DNA from: Acidobacteriota bacterium
GTDB lineage: Bacteria > Acidobacteriota > UBA6911 > RPQK01 > JAJDTT01
NCBI GenBank assembly: GCA_965263035.1
Contig: OZ253580.1
Span: forward strand, 5,280,001 to 5,344,000
Reading direction: 5' to 3'
DNA length: 64,000 nucleotides
The translations under genes and the position numbers were made by a program. Below are positions 30,159 to 39,497 of the stretch, piece after piece. Within the stretch, counting starts at the first letter, position 1. Every line of letters starts with the position of its first letter. Below the pieces are notes generated by a model. That model was not told where the DNA came from and did no database searches. It saw nothing but the letters and a program-made list of their open reading frames with translations.

Positions 30159-32697
30159 CGACATGGGCGGCCGGCCCACGGCAGTTTCCGTCTTGGGCCG
30201 GGGGCAACACCAGAATCCCTTGGAGCCTGTTGCTCCGGGAATCCCTTCCGTTTTGGACGGGGACCTCGAGCCCTATCGGCTGGAAAAGCCGAAGTGGACG
30301 ACCGACACCAGCGGGCGCCGATTGGCGCTGGCCAAATGGCTCGTGCAACCGCGGCACCCGCTCACCGCCCGGGTTCTGGTGAATCGCATCTGGCAGTACT
30401 ACTTCGGCTCCGGCCTGGTGAAGACGGTGGGGAACTTTGGCCGGACCGGCTCCCCTCCCTCGCACCCCGAGCTTCTGGACTGGCTGGCCTCGGAGTTCGT
30501 CCGGAGCGGATGGAGCATGAAGGCGCTGCACCGGATGATCCTGACCTCCACGGCGTACCGTCAGAGTTCTCGGCGGAATCCGGGAATCGATGGTGACCCC
30601 GGCAACCGGCTGCTGGCCTTCTTTCCCATGCGCCGGTTGGATGCCGACGCCGTCCGCGACTCCATCCTGAAGGTTTCCGGGCGGCTCGATGCGACACCGT
30701 TCGGACCTCCCGATCCCATCGAGGAGAAGCCGGATGGAGAGGTGGTGGCCAAGGAGTCGAAGCAGGGGTACCGGAGAAGCATCTATCTGATGCAGCGGCG
30801 CTCGACCCCGGTCACCATGCTGGACACCTTCGACGCGCCCCAGTTGCGGCCCAACTGCCTGGTGCGGAGTCGGTCCACCGTCTCCTCCCAGGCTCTGCAA
30901 TTGATGAACAGCGAAACCGTCCGGGCCAGTGCCCGTTTCATGGCGGGAAGAGTAATCGACACTGTCGGCCGCGAGCCGGCGGCGCAGGTGGAGAGAGTCT
31001 ATCTGGCGGCTCTGGGCCGACCACCATCGGCCGAGGAACTGGAATGGAGCAAGTCGACACTGGCTGACATGACCAAGGAGTGGAAACGGCATCTGGACCA
31101 GGACCGGTCGCCCGAGCCGCGGCAGGGCAGGGCACAATGGCTGGCGCTGGGCACCTTCTGCCATACCTTCTTCAATACCGCAGAATTCCTCTACGTCGAT
31201 TGAGGAGCCTGAAGATGGATAACCTGAACCGCATGAGTAACCGGACCCTGAACCTCCCAGGCTCAGAGCTGCCGCGGAGGACCTTCTTCTCCCGCGTCGG
31301 CGACGGGCTGCACGGGGCAGCCCTGGCCTGGCTCCTGGGCCGGGACCTTGTGGGCGCCAAACCGGACGCGAGTAGAGTCCGGGACCGGGTCTACGATCTG
31401 CGTCCGCGCCAGCCGAACTTCGAGCCCAAGGCGACTTCCGTCATCCAGTTCTTCATGAACGGGGGTCCCAGCCAGGTGGACCTGTTCGATCCCAAACCTG
31501 CATTGGAACGTTATGCGGGTAAGCCGCCGGGACGGGATCTGGCCAGCACCATCGAGTTCATCAACGAGGCGGGCGGATTCATGCCCTCCCCCTTCAAGTT
31601 CAAGCGGTACGGCCGGTCGGGCCTCCAACTTTCCAACATGATGCCGCATCTGGCCGAGCAGGTGGATGACATCGCGGTGATCCGGTCCATGTTCACCACC
31701 CACTTCAACCACGAACCGTCCATCTTCCTGATGCAGAGCGGCCGCCCCTTCTCCAACCGTCCGAGTCTTGGATCCTGGGTGGTCTACGGGCTGGGCAGCG
31801 AGAACCGGAACCTGCCGGCCTATGTGGTCCTGGACGACCCCAAGGGCCTGCCCATCAACCATATCCAAAACTGGCATTCGGGCTGGCTCCCGCCCGTTTA
31901 CCAGGGCACTCGGGTCCGCGCGAAGGGCACTCCGATCCTGAACCTGAAGGCGAAGAACGAATACCCCGACCCGGTGCGGGATCTGGCGCGTTCGCTGCTG
32001 GGACGCCTCGACCGGCATCACCGGGACCAGCGTCCAGGCGAGGCGGAACTGCAGGCGCGAATCACCAACTACGAGTTGGCGGCGGGTATGCAGTTGGCGG
32101 CCAGCGATGCCCTGGACATCTCCCAGGAGAGCGCCGCGACGCGGGAGATGTACGGTGTCGGCCAGGAAGAGACCGACTCGTACGGGCGGCGTTGCCTGAT
32201 GGCCCGTCGTCTGGTGGAACGGGGTGTCCGGTTGGTCCAACTGTATATCGAGGGGCAGATCTGGGATACCCACCAGAACCTGCAGCAGGCGCTGGGGTAC
32301 GCTTGCGGCAAGACCGACAAACCCGTATCCGCTTTGCTGAAGGACCTGAAACAACGGGGCCTCCTCGACTCGACACTGCTGGTGTGGGGCGGGGAATTCG
32401 GCCGGCTGCCTCTGTCTCAGAGTCGACAGGGGAACCTGGCGGGACGCGACCATGGGCCGGCAGGCTTCTCGGTCTGGCTGGCTGGAGGAGGCGTCCGCGG
32501 TGGGACCGTCTACGGATCCACCGACGAGATCGGCTTCAGGGCGGTGGAGAACCGGGTCAGCGTCCACGATCTCCACGCCACCATCCTGCACCAGCTCGGG
32601 TTGGGTCACCGGGAGCTGGTCATGGTCCGGGAGGGCCGCAGCGAACGCCTCACCGACGAGTTTCCAGCCCGGGTGGTTAAGGAGATCCTGGCGTAGC
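30159..32697 (+). repeat. direct repeat copy 1 (DUF1553 3' part + DUF1501)
   Basis: Matches 41770-44308 at a constant offset of 11611; ORF-track translations of the DUF1501 genes are identical. Confidence 0.95.
31215..32696 (+). CDS. DUF1501 family protein (copy 1)
   Basis: RRTFF twin-Arg-like, FMNGGPSQVDLFDPKP, RPSLGSW, ARRLVERGVR, WGGEFGR, GRDH. Confidence 0.93.
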   Translation: MDNLNRMSNRTLNLPGSELPRRTFFSRVGDGLHGAALAWLLGRDLVGAKPDASRVRDRVYDLRPRQPNFEPKATSVIQFFMNGGPSQVDLFDPKPALERYAGKPPGRDLASTIEFINEAGGFMPSPFKFKRYGRSGLQLSNMMPHLAEQVDDIAVIRSMFTTHFNHEPSIFLMQSGRPFSNRPSLGSWVVYGLGSENRNLPAYVVLDDPKGLPINHIQNWHSGWLPPVYQGTRVRAKGTPILNLKAKNEYPDPVRDLARSLLGRLDRHHRDQRPGEAELQARITNYELAAGMQLAASDALDISQESAATREMYGVGQEETDSYGRRCLMARRLVERGVRLVQLYIEGQIWDTHQNLQQALGYACGKTDKPVSALLKDLKQRGLLDSTLLVWGGEFGRLPLSQSRQGNLAGRDHGPAGFSVWLAGGGVRGGTVYGSTDEIGFRAVENRVSVHDLHATILHQLGLGHRELVMVREGRSERLTDEFPARVVKEILA

Positions 32698-32702
32698 CGT
32701 TG

Positions 32703-32721
32703 GTGGCAACGTTTGCCACCG
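32703..32721 (+). terminator. hairpin just after the DUF1501 stop
   Basis: GGTGGCAA-CGT-TTGCCACC inverted repeat; no strong U tract. Confidence 0.35.
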
Positions 32722-33180
32722 GCTTAACGCTCCGTTCGGCTAGTGGATTTCGATTGAGAGCGAGTTGAAGTCACAACCCGCGCCGGGCTGCCACCCTGTA
32801 TTCGATCTGTGTACGCTGCCGTCAACGAGGATTGAAGTCCTGATCATTCCTGGATGTTCCCGACGCGTGAACGAAAAAGCCCCAAGGGATCGGCCTCGCT
32901 CATGGTCACCGATCCTGAGTCGAGGATGGGAGCGCGGCGTACTGCCAAGGGGCGAGTAACGTAAAAGTAGTTGATTCTCATCTGGAGTTCAAACGCTGGT
33001 GCGGTCGAGCACGTGTGGGCGGGCAGGTCTCAGACGGATCCTTGGATGCTTGTGGCGTGCAGAGCAGATCTCCGAGAAGCGCATGGAGGCGACGTATGGA
33101 GTTTCGAGCCGGGACGCGCCTTCCGAGGCTCCTTGACCGGAACGCCTTCCCGAAATACTGTTCTGATAGGAAGCTTTGCC

Positions 33181-33423
33181 ATGATCGCCAAGATCACTTC
33201 GAAACGCCAAGTCGCGTTTCCCGCACCGGTTCCGGATGCGCTGGGTGTGGGGCCCGGTGACCAGCTCGAACTGGAAGAATGCCGGGACGGATTCACGCTA
33301 CGGCCAAGACGAACCGACTATTCTCGCCTCGGGACGCTACGCAACAAGATCCCTCCAGGACATCCGCCGTTCGAGATCGAAAGGTTCAGGAAAGAACCTC
33401 ATGACCCGGCGTTTCGGGATTGA
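33181..33423 (+). CDS. AbrB/MazE-type antitoxin, followed by a truncated PIN toxin start
   Basis: MIAKITSKRQVAFP..DALGVGPGDQLEL; overlapping MTRRFGIDLSVLGRLL ends at 33478. Confidence 0.75.
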   Translation: MIAKITSKRQVAFPAPVPDALGVGPGDQLELEECRDGFTLRPRRTDYSRLGTLRNKIPPGHPPFEIERFRKEPHDPAFRD

Positions 33424-33488
33424 CCTCTCGGTCCTCGGCCGTCTGCTCGCGGGATATTCGTTAGTGGAAATCAGGTAGAGCGACGACA

Positions 33489-33752
33489 ATGACCCTCCCG
33501 ACGATATTCGGAATCTGTAGGCCGCGCGCGGACGTTCTCAGAGGCGCGATCACCGAGGCCGATTTCGCAGCCGATCTGGCTCAAGTCATCAAAGGCTCGG
33601 CCAGCGACGAGTATCGCGACCCGGCGCGCTTCTTCGCCAACACCTATCCCACCCGGGGTCTTAGGAACCTGCTCGCCAACGTCTGTCGGCGGCTGACCGG
33701 TGTAGGCGGTGAGGTCGCATCGATTTTTCGGCTCGACACCTCCTACGGTGGA
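33489..33752 (+). pseudogene. 5' fragment of DUF499 ATPase
   Basis: PRADVLRG..EADFAADLAQV..Y.DPARFFANTYPT..RLDTSYGG; breaks at the Walker A (expected YGGGKTH). Confidence 0.8.
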
Positions 33753-34143
33753 CGCCATCGAGCAGCAGACGCGTGAAGCCGAGGGGCAGGGCTTCGATAT
33801 CGATTCCGTGACGGCGAGCGACGTCACTGTGCCGGAACGATCTGCTTCGCCGGTGACCATGGAAGATCTGGATCGGGTGATCCGATCACCGGATTTGATG
33901 CCGCCCGGCTTTGAGGTGCGACCGCTGGGGCGGTGCGAATATGGCGTGCTCAAACCCGGGATGCAGGAGCGGGTCCGGATGACAACCGACCCGGCGTACT
34001 ACGAAGAGCATGCCGAAAGCCTGGAACTCTGGTCGCCGGGCAATCCGCTGTTTACAGCTCCAGAGTTCATGGCACCGGCGGAGGAAATGCCAGTCGCCAA
34101 GACGTTGAAGGACATCCTGGAGGACAGACCTGAGTATTCCTGA
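33753..34143 (+). pseudogene. 3' fragment of SNF2-like helicase of a DUF499 system
   Basis: GFDID...PVTMEDL...RMTTDPAYYEEHAESLELWSPGNPLF resembles these helicase C-termini; no proper start. Confidence 0.55.
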
Positions 34144-34458
34144 CGTGCTCTTCAATGAGGTCTATCCCGGAAGCCGGGTCTTCCAGGAAACAGATTGAAG
34201 AAGATTCGCCTCTTGGTGTGCAGGCGGAGACGGTACAATTGGGTCAATGGTTTTTCGGATCGGCACGGAATTTCAGAACATGCAAGACATTCGATAGAGT
34301 GAAAACGATGATCGTGGCATTGTCCCGGTGCCTCACCCGGCCTGGACTACTTGGCGACGAGCCGAAGCTGATCCCCATAGTTGAGCCGTCGGCTGACAAC
34401 ACAGCCCGAACGATGGTCGGACAGAACTGTTCGGAAAGAAACAGGGAGTGACAACGCA

Positions 34459-35568
34459 ATGAGCGATGGGCAATCCGCTCAATTGGCGGAGACTGAAAAC
34501 ATCGAGGGTCTGGATCTCGACGACAAAGGGTCCTGGGGCAATTATCCGCTCGACGATCTGCTGATTCGTGATGATCGCAGAACGGTTTACGATGTCCTTC
34601 GGCGAATCCGTCGCGGTACGTACGTGATGAATCCGGACTTCCAACGCGATTTCATCTGGCCGGAAGACAAACAGAGCAAGTTGATCGAATCCGTGATCAT
34701 GCGCATTCCCCTGCCGGTGTTCTACATGGCCGAAGACAGGGAAGGGCGGATGGTAGTGGTCGACGGTTTGCAGCGCCTGTCCACGTTCAAACAATTCGTA
34801 GACGGAGAGCTGAAGTTGCGGCTGCCGGACCGCGCAGAACTCAACGGCAAGCGTTTCTCGGATCTTCCGCCGAAATTTCAGAATCGAATCGAGGACTGCA
34901 ACCTCATTTTCTACATCATCGACTCCAAAGCGCCGGAACCAGTCCGCTTGGACATATTCGAGCGAGTGAACGGCGGTATGCCACTTACCCGGCAACAAAT
35001 GCGCAACTGTCTGTTCATGGGTGCAGCCACCCGATTCCTCAAACGGGAGGCACGAACAGACATTTTTCTGAAGGCGACCGGAAAAAGCCTGAATCAGAAG
35101 ACCATGCGGGACCGTGAGTTCGTCAATCGATTTTGCGCGTTCCAACTGCTTGGTCTTGATGAATACCATGGCGACATGGACGATTTTCTGGCGAAATGCC
35201 TGAGTTCCATGAACAAAATGCAGGGACCCGACTTGGAGAGAATGTCGAAGGAACATCGCAGGGGACTCTCGAACAACTTGCTTCTATTCAAGCGCCATGC
35301 CTTCAGAAAACACTTTCCTGGGCAGGTGGCGCGCAACGTCATCAACGCGTCTCTCTGGGATGTGATGTCCACCGGGTTGTCCCACTACTCAGAAGACCGG
35401 GTCAGAGCGTGCTCTGAACGTCTTCGTTCGGCGATATATCAACTTCTTGATGACGACGAGTTCCATAACGCGATTACATACGCTACGAACGGTACGCCCA
35501 GGGTGAGGATCCGCTTTCAGAAGACACGGAACGTTTTTGAGGAGGTTCTCGGTGTTCACTCAGATTGA
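34459..35568 (+). CDS. nsnA: DUF262 (ParB-like) protein, Menshen NsnA-like
   Basis: PDFQRDFIW, LIESVIMRIPLP, VVDGLQRL, IFERVNGG. Confidence 0.85.
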   Translation: MSDGQSAQLAETENIEGLDLDDKGSWGNYPLDDLLIRDDRRTVYDVLRRIRRGTYVMNPDFQRDFIWPEDKQSKLIESVIMRIPLPVFYMAEDREGRMVVVDGLQRLSTFKQFVDGELKLRLPDRAELNGKRFSDLPPKFQNRIEDCNLIFYIIDSKAPEPVRLDIFERVNGGMPLTRQQMRNCLFMGAATRFLKREARTDIFLKATGKSLNQKTMRDREFVNRFCAFQLLGLDEYHGDMDDFLAKCLSSMNKMQGPDLERMSKEHRRGLSNNLLLFKRHAFRKHFPGQVARNVINASLWDVMSTGLSHYSEDRVRACSERLRSAIYQLLDDDEFHNAITYATNGTPRVRIRFQKTRNVFEEVLGVHSD

Positions 35569-36691
35569 CCTACGGCACTTCAAGTGTTTCGCCTTGTTGA
35601 AGCTGCCGTTGCGGCCGCTGACTCTGCTGTCGGGCCTCAACGCCTCCGGGAAATCGTCAGTGATACAGGCGCTCGCTCTGTTGCACCAGACCATGCGTGA
35701 ACATGAATGGTCAACGCGATTGATGCTAAACGGCTACGCCGTTCAACTCGGCACGGCCGAGGACGTGATCGACAAGATCACCGGCACGCGTCACTTCGGG
35801 ATCGGGCTGCTGGATGGTGAGGCAGTGTATCGATGGCAATTCGAAGGTGGGCGAACCAGGATGTCCTTGGGTGTGGTGGGGGTCAGCATTGACGGTAACG
35901 GCGCTAACGAACCGGAATCGTTGCGCCATTTGTTGCCGTTGAATGCTGACCGTTCGGTGTCTAGCCGCCTCTGTCGGATGACCTATCTGACCGCTGAAAG
36001 GCTGGGTCCCCGTGAGACGTATGTGTTGGAGGAACCCGGCCTCAGACCTGTCGTCGGGCCGGCGGGAGAACATGCGGTCAGCGTTCTTTACGCTGGGCGG
36101 GATGAACGCGTTCCGAACGCGTTGGTGATAAAAGGCGTGCCACCGATTCGGCTGCGACAAGTCGAAGCACGGATGGGCCACTTCTTTCCCGGTTGTGAAT
36201 TGGCGATTGCCAAGATTCCGAGGGCCAATGCCGTGACGTTGGGCATTCGAACCTCGAAAGACGTGGATTTTCATCGTCCAACGCATACCGGCTTCGGGAT
36301 TACGCAGGTTTTGCCCATTGTGGTGGCGGCTCTGTCGGCGCGTCGTAATGATTTGCTGTTGATCGAGAATCCCGAGGTACATCTCCACCCCGCCGGACAG
36401 GCGCTGATGGGCGAATTCCTGGCGGAAATCGCCGACGGAGGCGTGCAGGTGATTCTGGAGACACATAGCGACCATGTACTGAATGGCGTCCGGCGTGCGG
36501 TCAAGAACAAGACGTTGCCCCCTGACGATGTCGCCCTGCATTTCTTTCGGCCGCGGCAGGATGCAGAGCGCGAGGGTCTCCCGCAGGTGCAGAGCCCGTT
36601 GATCGATGGCGACGGGAACATCGACGATTGGCCCGAGGGATTCTTCGATCAGTTCGACAAGGACATGAATTACTTCGCCGGATGGAATTGA
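35552..36691 (+). CDS. nsnB: AAA_15/AAA_21 ATPase with C-terminal DUF3696, Menshen NsnB-like
   Basis: GLNASGKS, GFGITQVLP, IENPEVHLHP, ETHSDH, WPEGFFDQ; GTG start with GGAGG RBS overlapping the upstream gene. Confidence 0.87.
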   Translation: MFTQIDLRHFKCFALLKLPLRPLTLLSGLNASGKSSVIQALALLHQTMREHEWSTRLMLNGYAVQLGTAEDVIDKITGTRHFGIGLLDGEAVYRWQFEGGRTRMSLGVVGVSIDGNGANEPESLRHLLPLNADRSVSSRLCRMTYLTAERLGPRETYVLEEPGLRPVVGPAGEHAVSVLYAGRDERVPNALVIKGVPPIRLRQVEARMGHFFPGCELAIAKIPRANAVTLGIRTSKDVDFHRPTHTGFGITQVLPIVVAALSARRNDLLLIENPEVHLHPAGQALMGEFLAEIADGGVQVILETHSDHVLNGVRRAVKNKTLPPDDVALHFFRPRQDAEREGLPQVQSPLIDGDGNIDDWPEGFFDQFDKDMNYFAGWN

Positions 36692-36692
36692 C

Positions 36693-37652
36693 GTGGAGAT
36701 CTTCGTCAACGAAAAGTCAATTCACGGACAATTCCACGATATTCAGTCTTTTCGGGACGCGGTTGCACGGTTGATGACCATGAGGACGGTCGCCCGGCGT
36801 TTCAATCGGAACGTCTATTGTCATCGAGCCATCTTGAATGCCGAGGCGATGCCCGGCGTGTTGATGCCGCGAGCCATCGGCCAGCTTGCAGAAAGCCAAC
36901 GGCGATCCGTGATGATCTGGCTGAGTCGTCGCGGCCCTTTCTGGAATGATCTTCGCCGACACGGCGGAGGTGACTATCTCAAGTGCAACCACGAAATAGT
37001 CACTGACACTGCCGTTGGCGAGGCTGCATACCGAAACCTCCATGGTGTCCGTTGCGGATTGGTCAGCGCCCTGCCCTCCGATTGGAATTTTTCGCCCGTC
37101 GAGGTGATCTGGCGTCGGGAAGCCGAAGGAATGGATGACCGGCGCACCGCTCTCAAGAACTGGTGGGAACCCGCTGAATTCGAGAGGTCCCTGGAGAACA
37201 TAGCGCCGCCGATCGGCGCATGGAAAGATCTTTACGACGTTTCCAGGTCCCGCTTTGTGAAGCTGGCCTTTGCCGACGATTGGCTTGAACCTCTCGATGG
37301 GATTCCTTTCGCCAAGAGCTCGGCGGAGCAGATCTTCTTCCTGCTCTCCATTCTCGAACGCTTCGCACACGCCTTCGACGCAAACGGCGTACGGACGCCC
37401 GAAGGACAACAGATCTTGCAGGATTACTTCACTGGGGAAAACGCGCGTTTTTCCGACTCCTCGGACACGGAAAAAAAGCGGTTCCGCAATGAGTTGACAT
37501 TTCGGCATCCAACCGAGCCCGGAAAATACCTGTTCGGCACCTGGCACGGCAAGGTGCGCCGCCTGACGCTCCGACTGCATTATTCTTGGACAAGAAGATC
37601 CGACGATCGTGTATTCATCCTGTATGCTGGCCCGAAGATCACTCGGAAGTAG
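36693..37652 (+). CDS. putative effector of Menshen-like operon (C-terminal RelE-like ribonuclease fold inferred)
   Basis: Starts 1 bp after the ATPase stop; C-terminal SDSS..E..F..L.F...WHGK...RLHY...YAGPK pattern. Confidence 0.6.
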   Translation: MEIFVNEKSIHGQFHDIQSFRDAVARLMTMRTVARRFNRNVYCHRAILNAEAMPGVLMPRAIGQLAESQRRSVMIWLSRRGPFWNDLRRHGGGDYLKCNHEIVTDTAVGEAAYRNLHGVRCGLVSALPSDWNFSPVEVIWRREAEGMDDRRTALKNWWEPAEFERSLENIAPPIGAWKDLYDVSRSRFVKLAFADDWLEPLDGIPFAKSSAEQIFFLLSILERFAHAFDANGVRTPEGQQILQDYFTGENARFSDSSDTEKKRFRNELTFRHPTEPGKYLFGTWHGKVRRLTLRLHYSWTRRSDDRVFILYAGPKITRK

Positions 37653-37759
37653 AAGGATTAACAGCAGAGTGATCAACGACACCGATATCCAAGCGGGCAG
37701 TGAATAGGGGACAGTCATGTTCTCCCTATTTCCTTCGCCTGTTTCCCCTTTCACTGAAC

Positions 37760-38110
37760 TCCCAGCGCCTCCTGCCTCCAAGGGAACATCAGCTGCATCC
37801 AAGCCACTACCTGGCAGCAGATCAACCGGCTCCTGGTCCTTTGGGCAAACCGGCAGGGGCTGGAACGGGGCCGCAAGATTCGGGTCGACGCCACGGCCGT
37901 GGAAAGCCCCAACCGCTATCCGCAGGACTCTCAGTTGTTGTCCGATTCGGTTCGAGTCCTCACCCGGTGGCTGCGCCGTCTGGCCCGTCATCACAAGATC
38001 CTCTTTCACGATCACCAGCGTCGGGCCAAGCGACGTCATCTGAACATCGTCAAGCACCGAGGCAAGCGCCGCCAGCGGGCGTACCAGGATCTTCTGCGCG
38101 GCCTGATCAG
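37760..38110 (+). pseudogene. ISNCY/IS5-like transposase internal fragment
   Basis: LQGNISCIQATTWQQINRLL...KIRVDATAVESPNRYPQDSQLLSDSVRVLTR...RAYQDLL; no start, ends or TIRs. Confidence 0.7.
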
Positions 38111-38414
38111 TGCGCCTCCGCACGGGAAAACCGCATTTCCATCTTGTCAGGGTTGAGTTGGTACTTCTTGCAGACCCGAAGGGAGTGCTCTCGATCAGAT
38201 TCGGCTATCGTGCTGCTTCCCTTCGCAATTTGGATGTGAATGCTATTCTTCTTCAGGGACGCCTTCTGGACGGCTCCCTGTCCGGTCTCACGTCTACCGT
38301 CCGTTCAACGAGGGCATGGCCGTAGTATCTTGGGATGCTCCCCCTTGTATCCGGGGCAGACGTGGGGGAGCGGAAGTCCGAGAAACGTTGCCAATAGGCA
38401 GATTATGTGGATCA

Positions 38415-39464
38415 TTAGGCTTGTCTTCTCGAACCAATAGATCGGAATGTTCGGTTTGCAGGGTCCCACTCTATCCCATCGTGGTACGCTCGCTTGAGAA
38501 ACATGAGAATCTCCGTTGATCGCTGAGGTGTTCCATTTGCAAAAGCGGGACCTTGTCCAGCAAAAGGAGAGTCAAAAATGGAGTCCGCCACCTCAAGCAA
38601 AATGGAGAGCATTTCAGGATTTGCGGATCTGATATCGCTCCGATGTCCTCTGCGATAGTTTATGATCTCAATCCCCGCGGAGAGAAACTTGGGAGGTGTG
38701 CGATCTTGTACAAACCACGCGCACAATTCGGAAACTGATACTGGCAAGCCTCGGTTATTGAGTTCTGCCTCCGCCCGGCGCCATAGCCTCCAACTGAAAA
38801 ATGTGTCTAAAACAGAACTCAAGGATTGGCCGTCGGGAGGTACTGGATGCGTGTCGGGGAATCTCTCTTTGATCAACTTGTACGTTGTCCAAGCTATGAA
38901 TCTCCACATGTCCAAGGACACATTCAGTTCAGGATACTTCGGAGGTGGCGTGTGTTGTTCAACAAACCTCCACTTGTTGTATCCATCTCGGCTTTTCAAA
39001 AGGAAATCGGAAGCAGTCGGGATGCTTCTCATTATGGACTTGTACTCGTCGCGGAGTGTGGATTCAAAATGGTGGAGTGCTCGTGAATCCTCGGCCTCCG
39101 AGTTGGCACTTCCTCGAACTTTGGAAGGAGGAGTCGCCCACAAACTGTAGCTCTCGCGATACCTGTCTTCGAAATAAGCCTTAAATGACTCTGGGAGTTT
39201 TGAAAACAAGTGGTTTAGATCATGCTTCCCTCCACTATCGCGATCATGGATTTGAAGCAAGAACCTGATACTTTTCTCTAGACCCAAACAAATCCGCTCC
39301 ATGTATGGTCGGATGCCCATTAGATTCATGTGCGGAGCACACCACGTGTACGATCCAAAGGAAGAATTCCTATAATCCTCCTCGTAGACAAGTAAATCCA
39401 TTGCCAACACGTGCTGCCTATGCTCAACTTTTTCCGACGTCAGTTTCGACATACTCATATGCAC
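38415..39464 (-). CDS. hypothetical protein with HEPN-like N-terminal domain; lower GC than host
   Basis: LGLEKSIRFLL...KHDLNHLFSKLP...WRF resembles the HEPN E-K/H-D-L/R-aromatic pattern; 33 bp downstream of the KAP NTPase. Confidence 0.6.
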   Translation of the reverse strand: MHMSMSKLTSEKVEHRQHVLAMDLLVYEEDYRNSSFGSYTWCAPHMNLMGIRPYMERICLGLEKSIRFLLQIHDRDSGGKHDLNHLFSKLPESFKAYFEDRYRESYSLWATPPSKVRGSANSEAEDSRALHHFESTLRDEYKSIMRSIPTASDFLLKSRDGYNKWRFVEQHTPPPKYPELNVSLDMWRFIAWTTYKLIKERFPDTHPVPPDGQSLSSVLDTFFSWRLWRRAEAELNNRGLPVSVSELCAWFVQDRTPPKFLSAGIEIINYRRGHRSDIRSANPEMLSILLEVADSIFDSPFAGQGPAFANGTPQRSTEILMFLKRAYHDGIEWDPANRTFRSIGSRRQA

Positions 39465-39497
39465 GCTCTCCTGAGTCGATTTCCGACGGGTAAGGGA

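Larger units (their letters stand above)
26164..31203 (+). pseudogene. planctomycete-type cytochrome c / DUF1549 / DUF1553 (PSD1) protein interrupted by IS1380
   Basis: CRSCHG and CLLCHG heme motifs in 26164-26802. Removing the IS restores LLIQ|RIENSDMPP. The 3' part has WLDAAGYSDS, CARCHDHKYDPI, HPELLDWLA. Confidence 0.9.

Noticed and set aside
28687-32609. Long minus-strand ORFs (825 aa, 448 aa) and similar ones at 7405, 14888, 16313, 18151, 36717, 55888
   Set aside because: Antisense shadows of well-supported genes in GC-rich DNA, with no family motifs.
32730-33170. Possible gene remnant or ncRNA after DUF1501 copy 1
   Set aside because: No convincing motif in any frame and no recognisable structure.
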